Shown here: in pieces, positions 26,113 to 40,555 of the stretch
How the letters are laid out: each line of letters starts with the position of its first letter
Position numbering within the stretch: the first letter of the stretch is position 1
Assembly: GCF_036321535.1 (NCBI RefSeq)
Contig: NC_087437.1
Coordinates: forward strand, 65,722,001-65,786,000
Length of the DNA: 64,000 bases
Source of the DNA: Camelus dromedarius
Lineage: Eukaryota
Reading direction: 5' to 3'
Notes under the pieces: generated by a model
Database searches by the model: none
What the model was told of the DNA's origin: nothing
What the model saw: only the letters and a program-made list of their open reading frames with translations
Position numbers and translations under genes: made by a program

Positions 26113-26331
26113 CAGGGGTTGACAAACTATGGCCTTAGGACTAAATGGAGCTCCCTGTTTTTGTAAATAAAATTCTATTAGAAAACAATCACCCTCATTA
26201 ATTTACATATTGCCTATGGCTGCTCTCCTGCTGTTAGGGTAGATTCCAGTAGTTGTGACAGAGACCATGTGGCCTGCAAAGCTGAAAATATTTGCTATCT
26301 GGGCCTTACAGAAAAAGTTTGCTGACCTCTG
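26113..26331. mobile_element. MER58A hAT MITE
   Basis: Terminal inverted repeats caggggttgacaaac / gtttgctgacctctg; TSD gttaaaac / gttaaaca; 219 bp. Confidence 0.92.
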
Positions 26332-26814
26332 GTTAAACACCTGAGTGAGGCAGTCCGTTCTCTGACTTTAATACTTGCTATGTTCTTAAAGCAATTTCAC
26401 ATATAAAAACAACAATGAATTATAACTATGACCTGAGGTGTGATTGTAAGAATGCATTAGCTGCACATTATTGGGGGAGCAATGTTGCTTTTCTTAAATA
26501 ATGAGTTGTTCTTTGCCCTGGAGAAGTTCCCATTTCTTACTGTAGCTAGTTGGGTTCTCTCTGAACTCTGCCTTCTCTTGTTTCCATAAGACCCTTTGCA
26601 TGGCTATTGAAGCAACTGAATATGGCCCTTACCTCTGACAGATGGTCATAGCATCCCCAAGGAGTCATCCCACGTACTGTTGCTGCTGTCCTTGTAATGC
26701 AAAATGGAGACATTTAATTTTCCCAAGCTAATAAATTAGCCTTTTTCATATATGGAAAACATCAACATACAGTGAAAAAGAAAAAAAAAAGCATCTTCCA
26801 AATTCCAGATCAAA

Positions 26815-27080
26815 TGTTAACTCCTTTGTGAGGGTTTTTGGGCCCTGCCAGATGGAATTAATCTCAGCCTCATCTGTCTTCTGTAACGTGCAGCTTGTAC
26901 CTCTATTAAATCTGTCCCATCATGCCTTGTTCTCAGATTGTCTGTGAACAGCTGTCTCCCTCTTCTAGGAGGTGAACTCCTTAGTGGTATAACTTTTATC
27001 TTGTCAGCTTCTGAACGCCCAGTGTCCAGCACAATGCCTGGCACCTAATAGGTGCTCAGTAAACATTGAACTGATACATG
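26815..27080 (+). mobile_element. L2 3' end
   Basis: ccagtgtccagcacaatgcctggcacctaataggtgctcagtaaacattgaa. Confidence 0.7.
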
Positions 27081-29704
27081 AAAAGGGCAGACTGTTTGCT
27101 CCCACTGTATTATTTTCTCTTTCTTCTCTACTACAGAGGCTAGCAGGCCTGCCTTCAGCCACCTTGTTCTGGCCATTGTATTGTCTTCCCCTTTCCCTTC
27201 ACAGTTTATTTGCTCACTGACTTATCTGTGTAAATTACATGTGTATGAAAAATGTGTCTTTCACACTGAAATTTTCAAAATATGGATTTTCTCCCATCTC
27301 TGAAAGTTCTCATTCTTTGATACTTTTCTTCCCTGGACATTATTTTTCTTCGCCCCCTTCTCCACCCCTAAATTACATTCACCTTTATGCACCTACCAAG
27401 CAGTGAAGAAGAGAGAGAAAAGGGGCTTGGTTTTTCACTACTCCCCCACCTCCCTTCCTCTTGCTCCATCGTCCAAAACACTTGACCCTGTCTTGGCAAG
27501 AACAGACTCTGGTAAGAAGTGCGGCAGCTTTCCTGCCCTGAATTTTAAAACTCATGATTGAGGAAGAGCCTCTTCCCATCCCCCACCTCCCACTGCTCAT
27601 CAAAACATGGCCTTAGCTACAAGGACATATAATTCCTGCATTTTAAAAACAAACTTATGAATAAACTAATCATGATGAAAATGGGAGCCCCCAGTAGATA
27701 TTCCCATGATCACTTTCACAGGCCATGGAGTAGCTCTGCCTTTATTAGCAAGGGACCCATGACAAAGGTCAAAGAAGGGCTCCTTTCTGACCCCAGTCCT
27801 GTGTCCGCAGGCCCTTTTGCCTTTTACTCATGCAGCTGCCAGGGCTGTCTCTTAGTGTTCCAGCTTCCTAGGCACCCACCAGATTCAGCCGCCAGGCTGA
27901 AAGGAAAGAAGAATTGATTTCAGTTTCCAACTTGAGAATGTCCTCATGGCTCCGACCTTGAGCAGGGCTATTTCACATCTTGCCAAATCTCAGTCCACAG
28001 CCAGAGCTGTGCTCTTAGCACTGTTTTGATGCATTTCCCCAGGATTTTTTTCTTCACTTCTTCTCCGTGGCCTCTCTTCTTGGCTGGCCCTGTGCCCCGA
28101 CCCTCTCCAAACCCAGCAGAGCCTCCTCACCAACCAGGATAATGATGGGCCTAAGAGAGCTGCGGCACTGGCTCTTGGCAGGCTGACAGGCACCAAAGAA
28201 GACCAGTGGCTGGGAGAACCAGGGCTCCCTGGGCCATCTCTCCTGGTCTGAGAATCCCTTTGTAAATGAAGAGAGACTGGTTCTAACACTGAGGCGGTGT
28301 GACCTTCGGCAGGACCTATTTCTGCCTCCTTTTTTATTTATAAGCTGAAAACCATACCAGAAAGGCACAAATAGTCACACAGAGACAATGTCAGAGCAGT
28401 GGCCAGATCTCTTTGGAAAAGGCAGTGATTGCTTTAGGCCAGAACTATTAAAGATCTGAGAAAGCAGTGCAGGAGAACTCAAATTTGGTCAGACTTTCCA
28501 ACAATAAGATCCAAACTAGATTAGGTAACTCTGTAGTCAAGCAATTACACTTCTCTTTCCAGCGAGTATATCTTATTTTCAGAAGTCAGGCTTGTCTAGG
28601 AAATACTGATTCTTGCACAGTAGTGCTATTCTAGGACCTCTTCTTCATCCCCATGGCTCATTCCTCTCCCTCTGGGCCACATCCCAGCAAAAGGGGGCTG
28701 TGTGACTCTCTCTGAAGCCAAGTTTAGCTTTCCTGCTAGGAAGCAAAATGGAGATCCTGAGTCTCTTCTGCTGGAAGTCAGCAATGGAGAAACATGTTAT
28801 CCAGTTTCAGTTTTACCTCAGCTACTTGGGCAAGTTTCTTCACCTCCCTGGGCCTTTATTTCTTCCCCCTATAAAATAAATAGGCTAAATCTTTCTCTAA
28901 GGTTTCTCCAAGGCTCTGCTGCAATAATTCATTCTTAGCTGTATCAAGTGCGTCACAACTCTGAAGGCAAGAGAGAAATAACTGGCTCTCAGATGCACTG
29001 ATTTTTCTTTGCAGCATGAATGGAAACTTCACAGAGGACACGGCCATATAGATGTGGCGGGGGTAGGAGACCCACATCAATTCTTCTTGAGAATCCATAG
29101 GGTTGATGCACACTCCTCTAGTGGCATCTACAGAGGCAGCACGAATCATCTTCTTTAAGCATCATCCCTGCCCTCCACTGCCATCCAGTTAACTACACAT
29201 GGAGCAAGTACTTTTTAGTGTCAGCACTATTAGAAATATAAAAATTAGTCAAGCAAGGTCCTTTTCAAATCAAGCTCACAGTATTTGTTAGAAGCAAGGA
29301 CCTAGCAAGGTAAAAACCCAAGGGTCCTAGGTGAAGATCATCCTGATACTTTTTTTCACCTGCTCAGGAAGGGAATTAAGCAGCGGCTCAGAAGATCTTT
29401 GACATCAGACACACCTCCATTCAAATTTGGGCAAGTTAATCTCTCTCATTTAGTTTTCTCATCTTCAAAATATCACAAAAATAGAACCTGTCTGAGGATT
29501 AGTGAGATAATAATGCATGTAAAATTTCTTTAACTTTTTGTCATAAATAATTTTTGAGGGCCTTTACATATTTTGGAAGATAACTAAAGATATAATTTCT
29601 AGTGTAGATGTGGCCCCTCCCCTCATGAATTTTTCAGTGTGGTGCAAACATTAATTAGATATCATACAAATAAATGAATAAGTTTAAATAGTGATAAGCA
29701 CTAT

Positions 29705-30100
29705 GTGTCATTTGGGTCCTCCAGGGAACAGATGCAAAGACAGAATTATAAGCATAAGAGATTTATTGGGGTTAATGCCTGAGAAACATTAAGAGTAGAG
29801 AAAGAATTGGGCAGGAAGGACCTCAGACTGCAGTACAGAGCTGTCAAAGTCTTGGCCAGTTCAAGAGGGACTTAGGAACGAAGATTTCCCAGTAGAGGAA
29901 TCCCACGCTGGACAGAAATGACCAGGCACTAGGATTATGCACTATGTCCAGTCATTAGATTGAAGCTGCCTGGGAACAAAGTGGCCTCGGCTAGAAAGCT
30001 GGGGCAGGTCCTGAAGGCATTGAGTCCACTGAACTCTTTGCAGCTGCAAAGCAAATTCTTGAAGGAAGATCTGCTTGGTGTACTTCCATGGCTGTCTATG
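29705..30100 (-). mobile_element. LTR16C-like ERVL solo LTR nested in an L2
   Basis: tttgggtcctccagggaacagatgc...aagagatttattgggg...cctcagactgcagtacag...cagtcattagattgaagctgcc. L2 sequence continues on both sides (about 29545-29704 and 30101-30550). Confidence 0.8.
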
Positions 30101-31303
30101 CTATGAAGGAAATACTGTAAGAGAAGTCAATGCAGAAACTAAGCTAGGCTTCCCCGACAATGTGTCGCTTAAACGGAGATGTGGAGGACAAAGCAGCGTA
30201 ACCAGACCAAGAGGTACAAGCAGGAGCTGTCCAGGATAAGAAAGAGCATCCGTGAAAGCACCCTGCCAGGAGAGGGCAGGACTTGTGTGAAGGAACCAAA
30301 AGAGAACAAGACTTGAAGCTAATAAGGCTGGAGCTAGATCTGGCAGGACCTAGTAGGCCATGAGAAGGGTTTTTGGTCATTTTCAAAAGAGACAAGAGAA
30401 GTTGGTGAAGGACTTTAAGAAGGGTGAGGGAGGAGTCAACATGATCAAATTTGCATTTAAAAAATTACTGTGGCTGCTCTGTTGAGAAACGAATTAGCAG
30501 AAGAACAAGAAGAAATGTAGGGGGACCATTTAGGAGGTTCTTGCACAATACCTTGTATATAGTCAGCCCTCCAAAAATAAGACCGATCATCATCATTATT
30601 AATAATTTCAAACCTGAGTTACATACTCTTGCTCTCTGCATTCAACTACGCACTTTTGCATTTGCTTTAAGTTCTCTACTAATTACCTCCAGCCTAGACT
30701 TTATTCACCACAAATTATACTGTCCAATAACCTCACATTTCATTGCTCTGTTTCAGATATTCTGCTTCATTGTAACAACCTTACTATTCCCTGAACACAA
30801 TTTATACAATTCTGCTCCAAACGACAGCTCACACCCATCTGAATGTCCTTCCCCACCCTCTGCGAAAAGTCATCTTCCCCTCTTCTCAAACTCTGCTCAA
30901 GTCTGACCAGCCTACTCCATCAAGGCCCATAGTCCCTCCATCCCATCATCCTGGAACGAACACCTGTCAAAAGCAGGGTTATATGTTGCAATGTGTTCTT
31001 TTCATTGTATTTTCACCTCTTCTGACTTTCTAGAAATCAAGGACTTGAGGAGGTAACAGGAACTTAGGAAATGAAAATGTAGAGGAATAGCTTATCTTTC
31101 CAAAAAGCTTATCATTTAAGGAAAAAAAGAATAGCCAGAAATGGTTGATAGAGATTGTTTAGGATGGAGAACAAGGAGCACAGGGAAAAAATGCTAGAAA
31201 AGGAAAAAAAATGAAGGCGATGTGTCAAGAAAAAATAACTAATAAGCATAGGAACTAAAATGTACTTAGCACTTACCTTGTACCACTTACTAGTCTAAGA
31301 ATA

Positions 31304-31308
<5 letters not shown>

Positions 31309-31362
<54 letters not shown>
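31309..31362 (+). repeat. (GT)27 microsatellite inside a MIR-like fragment
   Basis: Direct reading; perfect 54-bp GT run. Confidence 0.97.
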
Positions 31363-31371
<9 letters not shown>

Positions 31372-33900
31372 TATAATCTCATTTAATTTTCACAATGACT
31401 TTGTGAAATATGATCCTTATCCTGATTTTGTAATGTTGAATGATAAGTATCACCCAGTCCTCTGAGCTCTAAAGAGAAAGAGCATTTTCCTGAGCAACTC
31501 ATTTTTGAGCCTTAGTTGTGCCATATGGTCAGGGGAGAAGGTAACCTGAAAAGCTGATGAACACCAAATGGCTGCAGAATATGAAGTGGACTCCCAGAGG
31601 GAAAGATCACATAGTAGGAAGTAGAGGTAGGAGAGGCAGGTAAGAAGGAAGAGGGATTTGGAAAGGAGAAAAGTTTACAAGATATTAAGGCAGTTTTGAA
31701 TATCCCTTCTCCATGTCCTCAGGAATTTTTAATGAACATCTATATTGCCTTTTAGAATTTTCTGCCTCAGGTTTTCTTTAGTCTTTAGTAATGTACCAAG
31801 TCTGGCTTTAATGAGAGCTAGATAGCCCAGCTCCTTCAGATCTACCCAAAGGTATGGTCTCTGGGAACTGTGGAGGGGTATAAATTACAGACATTAGCTT
31901 AAACAGAGAGGTACCTCTTTCTCTGGACCTGGAGTGTTGGGTGAGGGAACAAGTTTGGGAAGGGTTTTCTCTGTCCCAATGAAGGGAGATTTTGAAAGAG
32001 TAGTTTCATGGAATATCAATGCCAAGAAAATGAAATTAGGGACTTGGTGCAGAAACTTTAGGATTTCCAAGTTGATTCAAGTGACCCTGAAGACTCGGAG
32101 ACCAAGGAGTGGAGGCTGCATTGAGGCCACAGTGAAGGTGAAGAGCCTTGATTTCCACCAAACTGGGGCTAAATCTGCACTGTTCTGCTTCCTCTTCCTT
32201 AATATTCTGCTCATTGACTTCCTCACCCACCCAGGAAACAGATTTTCTGTCCTGATCCCCAAGTTGCTGGTGGCAGGAAGAAGGAGCCAAAGCTTTGCTC
32301 AAGGAAGAGCTATTATAACAAAATAACTGTAATTAGCATGATAGTGCAGGCAGAGAAGCTCCATTTCTTCTGCTGAATTCAGGGCCTTATTTGCATTTGA
32401 AAAACAATCTTATTAGAGCAGTATATTAGATTATAAGATATTTTCCAGGAAAATATTTCAGAAGAACCATAGTGATCCTCTGCATGTACTCACAAAAAGA
32501 CACAGATGCACACCCTTAATTTTCCAATTAAAAGTACACATATTCTTTTTCAATTAAAAAGCATCCAGAAAGTAAGATAAACTGGTTACCAGATGTTCCC
32601 AATTTGAGGCAGAAAGACTTGTGGAGGTTTAAAGAAAAAAGGACTGGAGTTTGAAGGAGTGGACACTAAGGCAAATCTGTACGGCGAGGTGAAGAGAATT
32701 GTGGAATTAATGCTATTTAAAAATAACTGTGTTAAAAATCTATCTCAGGGAATTATTCCATTTCATTGACTTGTGTAATTACAAAGGTAATTCCTTTGGG
32801 GGGGGGAATTTTAATGGGGTGGCTACAACCAGATGCACATGGGGAGCCCCTCCTGGTGCTAGAGTTGCAGTTAGAGCATCTTCAGCTCATCAGTGGGGGA
32901 TGGCCCCAATCCAAAGGGGTTCCATATACTGACTGTGCACCTAAAACCACCCCCAAATGGTTTCTTTGCTTTCGTGTTCCACTTTTAAGTCCTTTTACTT
33001 TTGGCTAAACCTGTTCACATGTTAAGCTATTTGCTTACTTTCATTCTTCCTTACCTTGCAAAATATTTCCGTTTTCTCCCTTTGTTCCACAATAACAGAA
33101 AATAAAACTATTTAGGACTGCAAAGAATTTTAATGATTATCCTGTCCTATTCTCTCATTTTCTAGGTAAGAAAACCAGGGCAAGATCGGTTGATTTTCCC
33201 AGGACCGTACAACGAGTTAAGGCAGGAGTGATGAAAGACCTAGACGTGGGGTCCCCCTCCCACAGGCCTCCTATGTCCTGCCTGCTCTTCAGTAACTTTT
33301 CTGGGGCAGCTTTCTCATCTTCTAATTTTCCCTCCTGGGGGCCTTTGCCAGCTCACGATAGCTCCCCAGTGATATGGAGCTCAGTATGACACACACACAA
33401 TATGTTCTTGCAAGGGCAATCTCAAATGCCCTGGTTTGTTTCCTAAATACATTTTGTGGCCTTTTGGCTTATTTTGCACATTGGGCATTTGTTTCACTTT
33501 AAGTAGGCTGGCCCAAATGCCTTCCATCTAAAAGGAGTTTTTAAACGGGAAAAAAGAACTCAACAGAAAATCCTCTATTTTTAAAAAAATAAAATTGAAA
33601 ATAAAACAAATATATAACAGAAAACTGAACAAGTCATGACCCCATCACTCTCCCCACCACTGTAATCACTGTGATGCATTTCCTCTAGGCTGTTCTCACA
33701 GGCATCTCTTTTTAATATCATTGTTATTTGTCCTTAATCTGACTTAGTGCAAACTCAGTGTTGGAATAAGCTGCCTATAAACTATCTTGCTCTTCCTGAG
33801 AATCAGTGAAAGGATATCCAGAGAACACTAATACATCTAGAGCCTCACCCTACTCATAACTGGGAGTTAGAAATAATTTTTTTATCATTCTCTGATGTTT

Positions 33901-34410
33901 ATGGTAGAGCCTGCAAATTTCCTATTTAATATCCATAACTCCCTTTTACCTTACTAACAGAACCCCAATTTTATTTAAAACAATTCAATGCCAAGCTTAA
34001 AAAACTATATTTCTGCAGCCTCTCTTTCACTTAGGATTGGTTAAATGAAACAGATAGTGAAACGATGTAAGCAGCAGTCATGGGGGGGATTATTGCAGGC
34101 AATGCTCTTTAAAGGGAACTGGCCAGCTCAGTTGATAAACATGTTTTGCTCCCCGCTTCCTCCCTCTTCTTACCTGTATGGCAGATGTGATGGCTGGAGC
34201 TGCAGAAACCAACTTGACCATGAGGCATTCTTGAAGATGGAAACTACAGGCCAAGGAAAAAAGCCATAGATGGACTGTGGTGCTGTTACACCAGCTCCAA
34301 ACTACCAACTTTCCAACTTTATATTTGAGAGAAAAGTATGTGTCCATCTTGTTTAAGCTACACTTTTATCAGAATTTCTTTTTCACTTGAAGCTAAAAAT
34401 TACTGACACA
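33901..34410 (+). mobile_element. MLT1J-like MaLR LTR
   Basis: ctaacagaaccccaatttt...gatgtgatggctggagctgcagaaaccaacttgaccatgagg...tcttgtttaagctac...actgacaca. Confidence 0.82.
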
Positions 34411-35215
34411 AGAGCCAAACAACCCTGAAATGCTTTCAGAGAGAGCCTCCCTTGAATGCCTTCTTTGGATACCCTAATGGTTCCTCTAAGTCTGGATCCT
34501 TTGGTAACTTAGGATTCCCTAGTCCTCTCTGTGCACCTCTACCTCCCACATTGCTGCCTTGGCAAGGCCACCACCTCACCCTTTGGACTCTTTAGATTTG
34601 ACTCTCTGGACTCTGGAGGGCTGGGCTTTTTCTCTCTTACCTTTGCTGGATTTCTCGTTGCATTCCTGAAACGGCCTGGCTTTGCCTGGGAAGCTGCTGC
34701 TCCTTCCAAACTCACCCCCATCCCTCTCATCCCTTCCTCAGTTTAATGTGTGCATCTGCTAGGAGTCATCCTGACTAACTTTCTACTAAATGCTTAACAG
34801 AAGATTTACATGTAATGTGTCTTTGTAGAACATCATCTAACACGTTCTCAAATTTTATCTACTATTTCCAGATTTATTTTTCCGCTTCCTAACAGTCTCT
34901 ATCAAACTGAATGACTAGTTCTTATAGTTCCAGCAAGGGGTAATCGTGGCAGATTAGCCCCAGCTGAACATCTATCCATAGGTAGCTAATGAAGCAGCTT
35001 TTCAGGGAAAAATTTCCCCCAAAGGTTAGCCATAGAAACAGAGAGACCCTTGTGCCGTTGTATTATTTTTACCCCTTAATCTTTGGCATTGAGTTATAAT
35101 TCTAGCAACACAGAGAATCTGAAATCTTTATGGTGCAGAATTACTTAATGGATAAGTGATAACTTTTAAGTGATAGTCTAAAATATCCAACTTGTGGATA
35201 AAAATAAGCAAAGAA

Positions 35216-35387
35216 GGGGGGAGGGGATAGTTCAGTGGCAGAGTGCATGCCTAGCATGCACAAGGTCTTGGGTTCAATCCCCAGTACCTCCATTTAAAAA
35301 TAAATAAATAAACCCGATTACCTCCCCCTACAACAAAGTTTTAAAAATAAAATAAAATTTAAAATAAAAATAAATAAATAAAATTTT
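35216..35387 (+). mobile_element. tRNA-derived SINE (camelid vic-1-like)
   Basis: Head ggggggaggggatagttcagtggcagag (A box), ggttcaatccc (B box), cagtacctcc, then an A-rich tail. 14-bp TSD aaataagcaaagaa (35202-35215) / aaataatcaaagaa (35388-35401). Confidence 0.9.
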
Positions 35388-36269
35388 AAATAATCAAAGA
35401 AAAGTAAATTATTAAATAGTAACATTGGCACCAACATTGGATTTTAGTGGCAAGTAAAATTCTTCCCTAGGCTAAATCACTTGGCAACATTAGCTTGTGA
35501 CTATCAATTAGTTTGATCATTTTCTCCTTGGATTCTGGTGGCTATCTTTAACCCAAGCCCGCAGGGAAGCAATCTTCCTGGTCCAGATTCCCCACTAATA
35601 AAGCATTCACAGGACTATTGACTAATGTAATTGATTTAACTTGGCTCACGTGTGCTCTCACTTGCATAAGCGCCCGAATTGAGAAAGGGCAGCATGGACG
35701 AGACCTCCGCAGCTGGCCCTGGGTGGAATGGGTCAGAGAAGAATGACTTGGAGGAGATGGAAGGCTAGGTAAATGTCTTTTGGCACAAGTGTCAAAGGCT
35801 TGGCTCTCAGAGATTAATCATTACTTGAAATGAATTGAGAAGTGCTATAAAAGACATCACAAAGGTAGTCCATTCTGACAGGGCAGTTCTAAATCTTGGG
35901 GTCCTCAATGGCTTCCTTCTGTGCTTGTAACAGGGACTGTTCCGAAGATCTAATCCAGATATTAAATTATTTCTCCCCTGGGAATTTCACTTACCTTCTG
36001 TTATGCAGAGCAAATCTGCACGCACCTCACCTTCTACCTTCAACCTCCAAATTCTCTCCCCACCACCCATCATGACTTGGCAAACAGAGCATTCTAGATA
36101 CCAGGACCTCTTCTCAGAATTATAAACAAAAAAAATTACTGTTTTTACACATAGATAAAAGACAAAAATGAAAATAGCTCAAAGTCATTTCAGGTGGTAG
36201 AATTCTGGGTGGTTTTTTTCTTCTTTCTACTTTCAGTCTTCCCATATTGTCTTTGATTATAACACATAT

Positions 36270-36870
36270 TAATGAAAGCTAACATTTTCTGAGAACTGAC
36301 TCTGGGCCAGGCACTCTCCTAAACACATCACATATTTTATCTCATTTAATCCTCTTTACAAATCTATAGATTTACATAGAAGGAAACTAAAGAAATTAGT
36401 AACTTATCAGTGAGTAGCCTGCATCTGAGTCCAGGTCTAGCTGACATTAAAGTCAGGACTCTTAGCTACTGCAATATTATTTTTATAATGGAAAAAGATC
36501 ACAATAAAAAAAAGATTATAAGATGTTGAAACTAGAAATTTAGTCATGGATTTATCTTGAGGAATTGTACTGTTCTAAAAATGAGAGGGTACATGGCATA
36601 GTAGTATATATAGTATGGTGGTTAAGAGCCTGGATTTTGGAGCCAGGACCCATGAGCCTACAATCTTGGTACCTCTGTGACCCTGGACAAGTTACATGAA
36701 TTCTCCATGCCGTATTTTCTCCATCCACCAAATGGAAATAATAATAGCAAGTACTGTGGGATTACTGTGAAGATTAAATCTATCATATTACATAAAATGC
36801 TTAAATAGCACCTGGCACATAGTAAGTGCTATGAAAGCATTGTTGTTGTCATTATTGTTATTATTATTAC
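36270..36870. mobile_element. Two MIRs in opposite orientation (about 36270-36470 minus; about 36595-36870 plus)
   Basis: Minus copy: ctcatttaatcctc...gaaactaaag. Plus copy: tatggtggttaagagcctggattttggagccagg...ccctggacaagttac...cctggcacatagtaagtgct. Confidence 0.8.
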
Positions 36871-37659
36871 TATTTTATTCCAAGATATTTTGAAGCCAGG
36901 CTTGTATTCTCCTGAAAAGAAATCTAGGCTGTAATTCTCCTCAGCTCCTGGATCAAGGATTTTAAGGATGAGACTGCCTGCCTTTCCTAGCAGGATAGGT
37001 GTGAGGTAAGGGATGAAGAGGGCATGGTGGTCAGTCTCTTTTGAGGCTGAATGAATGCACTTTGCAGATAGAAGTCTCCTGCTATCATTTTAACTTCACA
37101 AACCTTGGAGCAGAAACTTCCTGTTAATCTTTTTTTTCTTCATGTAATAAAGTTATTATATTATCAAAGTTCTGTTCATCATTTTAAAAAGCAGGTGGGA
37201 AAGTGTCTAAGAATTACCACAAGAAACTCAAAGAAATAAAAGTGCAATATATGAAATAATAAAAATATTTCTCCAGCAGAAACAATAATTGCCTAATATA
37301 TGCTCAAAAAGCAAAGTGAGTCTTGCTGTTCTTAAGCTAATGGATGAGAACAAGAGCTTACGTTTCACTATGGAGAGAATCCCTAAGGAGCTCAGGTTTT
37401 TCCAAAGTGGTGGTCCTTGCTCAGAAAGTCATGGGCCTTGAATCCTTAGGCCTGGACCTCAAGGATTCTGTGACTCCCAAATTAAGGCCCAAGGAAAAAT
37501 ATGAACTATAAAGTGAAATTGGAGAAATGAATCCAATAGGGGAAAAATGGAGAAAATGGTGGTTCCTTTGGTCTAGGGAATATAAATCAAACAAATAACA
37601 CTTCCTCACTTCTCACCTGGCCACTGCCCAGCGTAGAGGTTGCCTCCCCAGAAGCCTGA

Positions 37660-38400
37660 GCCACAGCACTTCTACAGTCTGGGACCCCTCTCTCTAGGAC
37701 AATGGCTCAGCTGTTGAACAGCCTTATGCTGAACTGAATTAGCTTCTATTCCTTAGTCTAGTTCTACCTCTTGACAGGGAAAAACAAATTTATTCTGCCT
37801 GTCTCATAAGAGCCTTTGAAATATTTGCAGACAATGATCTGCTGTTCCTTTGGTTGACTTTTTTTTCTTCTCCAGGGTAAATGTGACCATTTCAACTATC
37901 TCTGATTTCCTGACTCTCACCATCCTATTTGCCTGGCTCTGGTTGGTCAATATCCCCCAAGAATTGTGGTACTACCACAGAACCCAGTACTTCAGTGTGG
38001 TCTGACCACAGCTCACTGTACTAGGACCAGGGCTGCCTGTGATCGTCACCTCACTTCCCTTCATGCAATCAAAGATTGGGTTGGTTTTTTTTTTTCAGCA
38101 GATACATCACAGTGTTGGCAAATATTCAACTTGTGGTTAATTAGAGTTCTCAGTTCTTTCATATGAATAAACACTGCCAGGTAATCTCCTTCATCCTGAA
38201 TAGCTGATTTTCTTTTTTTTCCCCCTAAATATAGAATTCTGCAATTATTTCTGATACATTTTTTCTTATTGAGTTAGACAAGATACTCTGGTCTGTCTAG
38301 ACAATTTTGCATTCTTATTTAGTTCTGTGCCCATACTTTCTAGCTTTGTGTCATTTGTAGGTTTAGTAAAAATGCCATAACCTATTGAGGCATTGCAAAA
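37660..38400 (-). mobile_element. CR1/L3 LINE fragment
   Basis: Antisense CR1 ORF2: cagaacccagtacttcagtgtggtctgacca and gcctttgaaatatttgcagac. tagctttgtgtcattt reads NDTKL on the minus strand, a degenerate ADDTKL. Confidence 0.8.
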
Positions 38401-39884
38401 GTAAAGCAAACTTTTCTGACATTATTGAAAGTGTAAGCTTGGGTACATGTTGCAGAATGATTTCTAAATTAGTTTGAGCAATTTATAGACAGCCTTTTTC
38501 AATTCTTTCCAACCCACCTGCATGACATGTAATACAAGTCACATAAAGACGAAAAAGAGGCCTCTTTCCTGTGGGTAGCGAGCAAGGAAGAAAACAGAAA
38601 GAAGTCATGACACTATCCGCACCTTCCTCCCTATTCTCCTATTCCTGGTCCCAGGATTGAACACTTGTTGTCTGATTTAGGGCATCAACCCTTGGGGGTG
38701 GATGAGGCTGATGATGTGTTTATAGCTCTTCCAAGACCATGGCTCAGCCTAGCCACCCAACTTCCCTGTCTAGGAAAATCAGAGGCAACAGGCTGGTATC
38801 AGGTCATCATTTGAAGAGGATGGAAGTCAGATGCGGTATCCCCAGTCTGTCCAAGATTCAGCCCTTTGATAGTTCTCTATCTTCCTGCCAGCAGCCATCT
38901 CTGCCTCCCTCTTCCCTTCACCTCCACAGGATCAGTACCAGACAGAAAAGGAGATTTTCCCTTATTGATTTATTTCCTCTTATTTGGACCCAGTCAGAGG
39001 AACTGAGGCTAACATTTATGAGCTTTTGTTAGGGAAGCAAAGCATACTAATAAAACTAACAAACAAAAACAATTTTATGGCCAGGGTCTGCTGGCCAGTA
39101 TAATGTTTCCTCTCACACAGTTGAAATGAAAATATACTCTCAACCCAAACATATTCAGTCTGACTTTTACAGCTCCCCTCCCAAAGCGAGATAATCATAA
39201 CAAAATTCTCTAGGAAATTCTCCTACATAGATTGATAGAGGCTTCTTTTCCCCTATATTCAAGGTCAGGTAATCTCAAATGGAACGTTAAGAAATGTTCT
39301 ACACAGTCATCGAAGTTGGAGCTATCAGACAAGAGAACAGAGGATAGGGCATATTAGAGAGCTGGCCCTAGAATCAGTCCTAGATTTCAGAACTGGCTTC
39401 TCTACCTATTGGCCATGTGATCTTGGGCAAATTACTTGTCTCTCTGTTCCTCAGAGATGAATAAATAAAAATAGAGTTGATGTGATAAGAATTAATCAAA
39501 AGTTTGTAAACTAGTTAGTATAGTCCCTCGCATCTATATAGAATTTAATAAGTGGTTTTTTTTTAAGTTTTCTAACATATATGTTTAGCTTTCTTTCTTC
39601 CTAGTATTCAGTTACTGGCTTTGATCTAAAACAATTAAGAAACATGATAACTGTTGTCACCAGATTCTTAGAATCCTAGCATGCTAAGAGATCTAGTCTG
39701 ACCTTCCTTTTGCAGAAGAAATTGGGGCCTAGGTAGAAAAAAAGAGTTTCCCAAGGTACATAGTGAATGAATGGCTGAGCCAGGACTATAAACCAGGTAT
39801 CCTGACTCCCTGACTCCCAATCCTGTCCCCAGTTATAGCAGAAAGGAATCAGGATTACCTGCATAACCAAATGCAGATTTAGAT

Positions 39885-39956
39885 GTGTGTTTGTGTATGC
39901 GTGTGTGTGTGTGTGTATATCTATATATCTTTTTTTTTTTTTTTTTTTTTTTTTTT
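39885..39956 (+). repeat. Compound (GT)n/(AT)n/polyT tract
   Basis: Direct reading. Confidence 0.9.
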
Positions 39957-40345
39957 GTGCTCTGCTAGAACAAGCCACTGCCAGGTGCTGTGAGATGGGA
40001 ACCATGTTTGAAAGGAAAGACAGTGACCTGTTTTCTTTGCCATGGGGACATGGAACTTGGAGTTTCCATCAAGGTTACTTGTGGGCAGAAGGTTGTTTCC
40101 TAGAGGACATCAGTTCAGGAAGTATACCAAGACCCAGGGTTACTCACCACTGGGGAACTGTCTCGATTGTTTCATGCCATGCCTTGGTTTTACTGGCTAG
40201 TCATAGAGTTGCCTATGCACTGGGATTGTATAGCCTAATCCTCAAAGTCTATTATCACCTAAAAGCAGCTTTTGCTTTTGGCATTTGAAGTGTTGATTGT
40301 CACAGTCTTCTCTTGGTAAACTTCCTTATGCATTGGATATTTATG

Positions 40346-40394
40346 GAAGGAAAGAAGGAAGGAAGGAAGGAGAGAAGGAAGAAAGGGAGGAAGG
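40346..40394 (+). repeat. Imperfect (GGAA)n tract
   Basis: Direct reading. Confidence 0.85.
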
Positions 40395-40555
40395 TTGGTT
40401 CAAGGATGCAACAGTGACTGGCCCTTGAGAACTAGGAAATAACGTTTTGTTCTGAGAGTTAATCTATACAATCAATTCATAATGGATCAGATCGGAATAT
40501 GCAAAGTCATCTTAAAGAGACAGTATAGATCCTTAGCCAAATAAGACTTTCATAT

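Noticed and set aside
29108..29142. CTCF-like motifs (also 32845-32870)
   Set aside because: Mismatches at the key GGCG/GGCA core positions.
30451..30906. 151-aa plus-strand ORF
   Set aside because: Starts in L2 sequence, has no recognisable domain and no exon context.
35216..35295. tRNA gene (also near 41745 and 48430)
   Set aside because: A and B boxes are present, but A-rich tails (and TSDs for two copies) and imperfect stems indicate SINEs rather than tRNAs.
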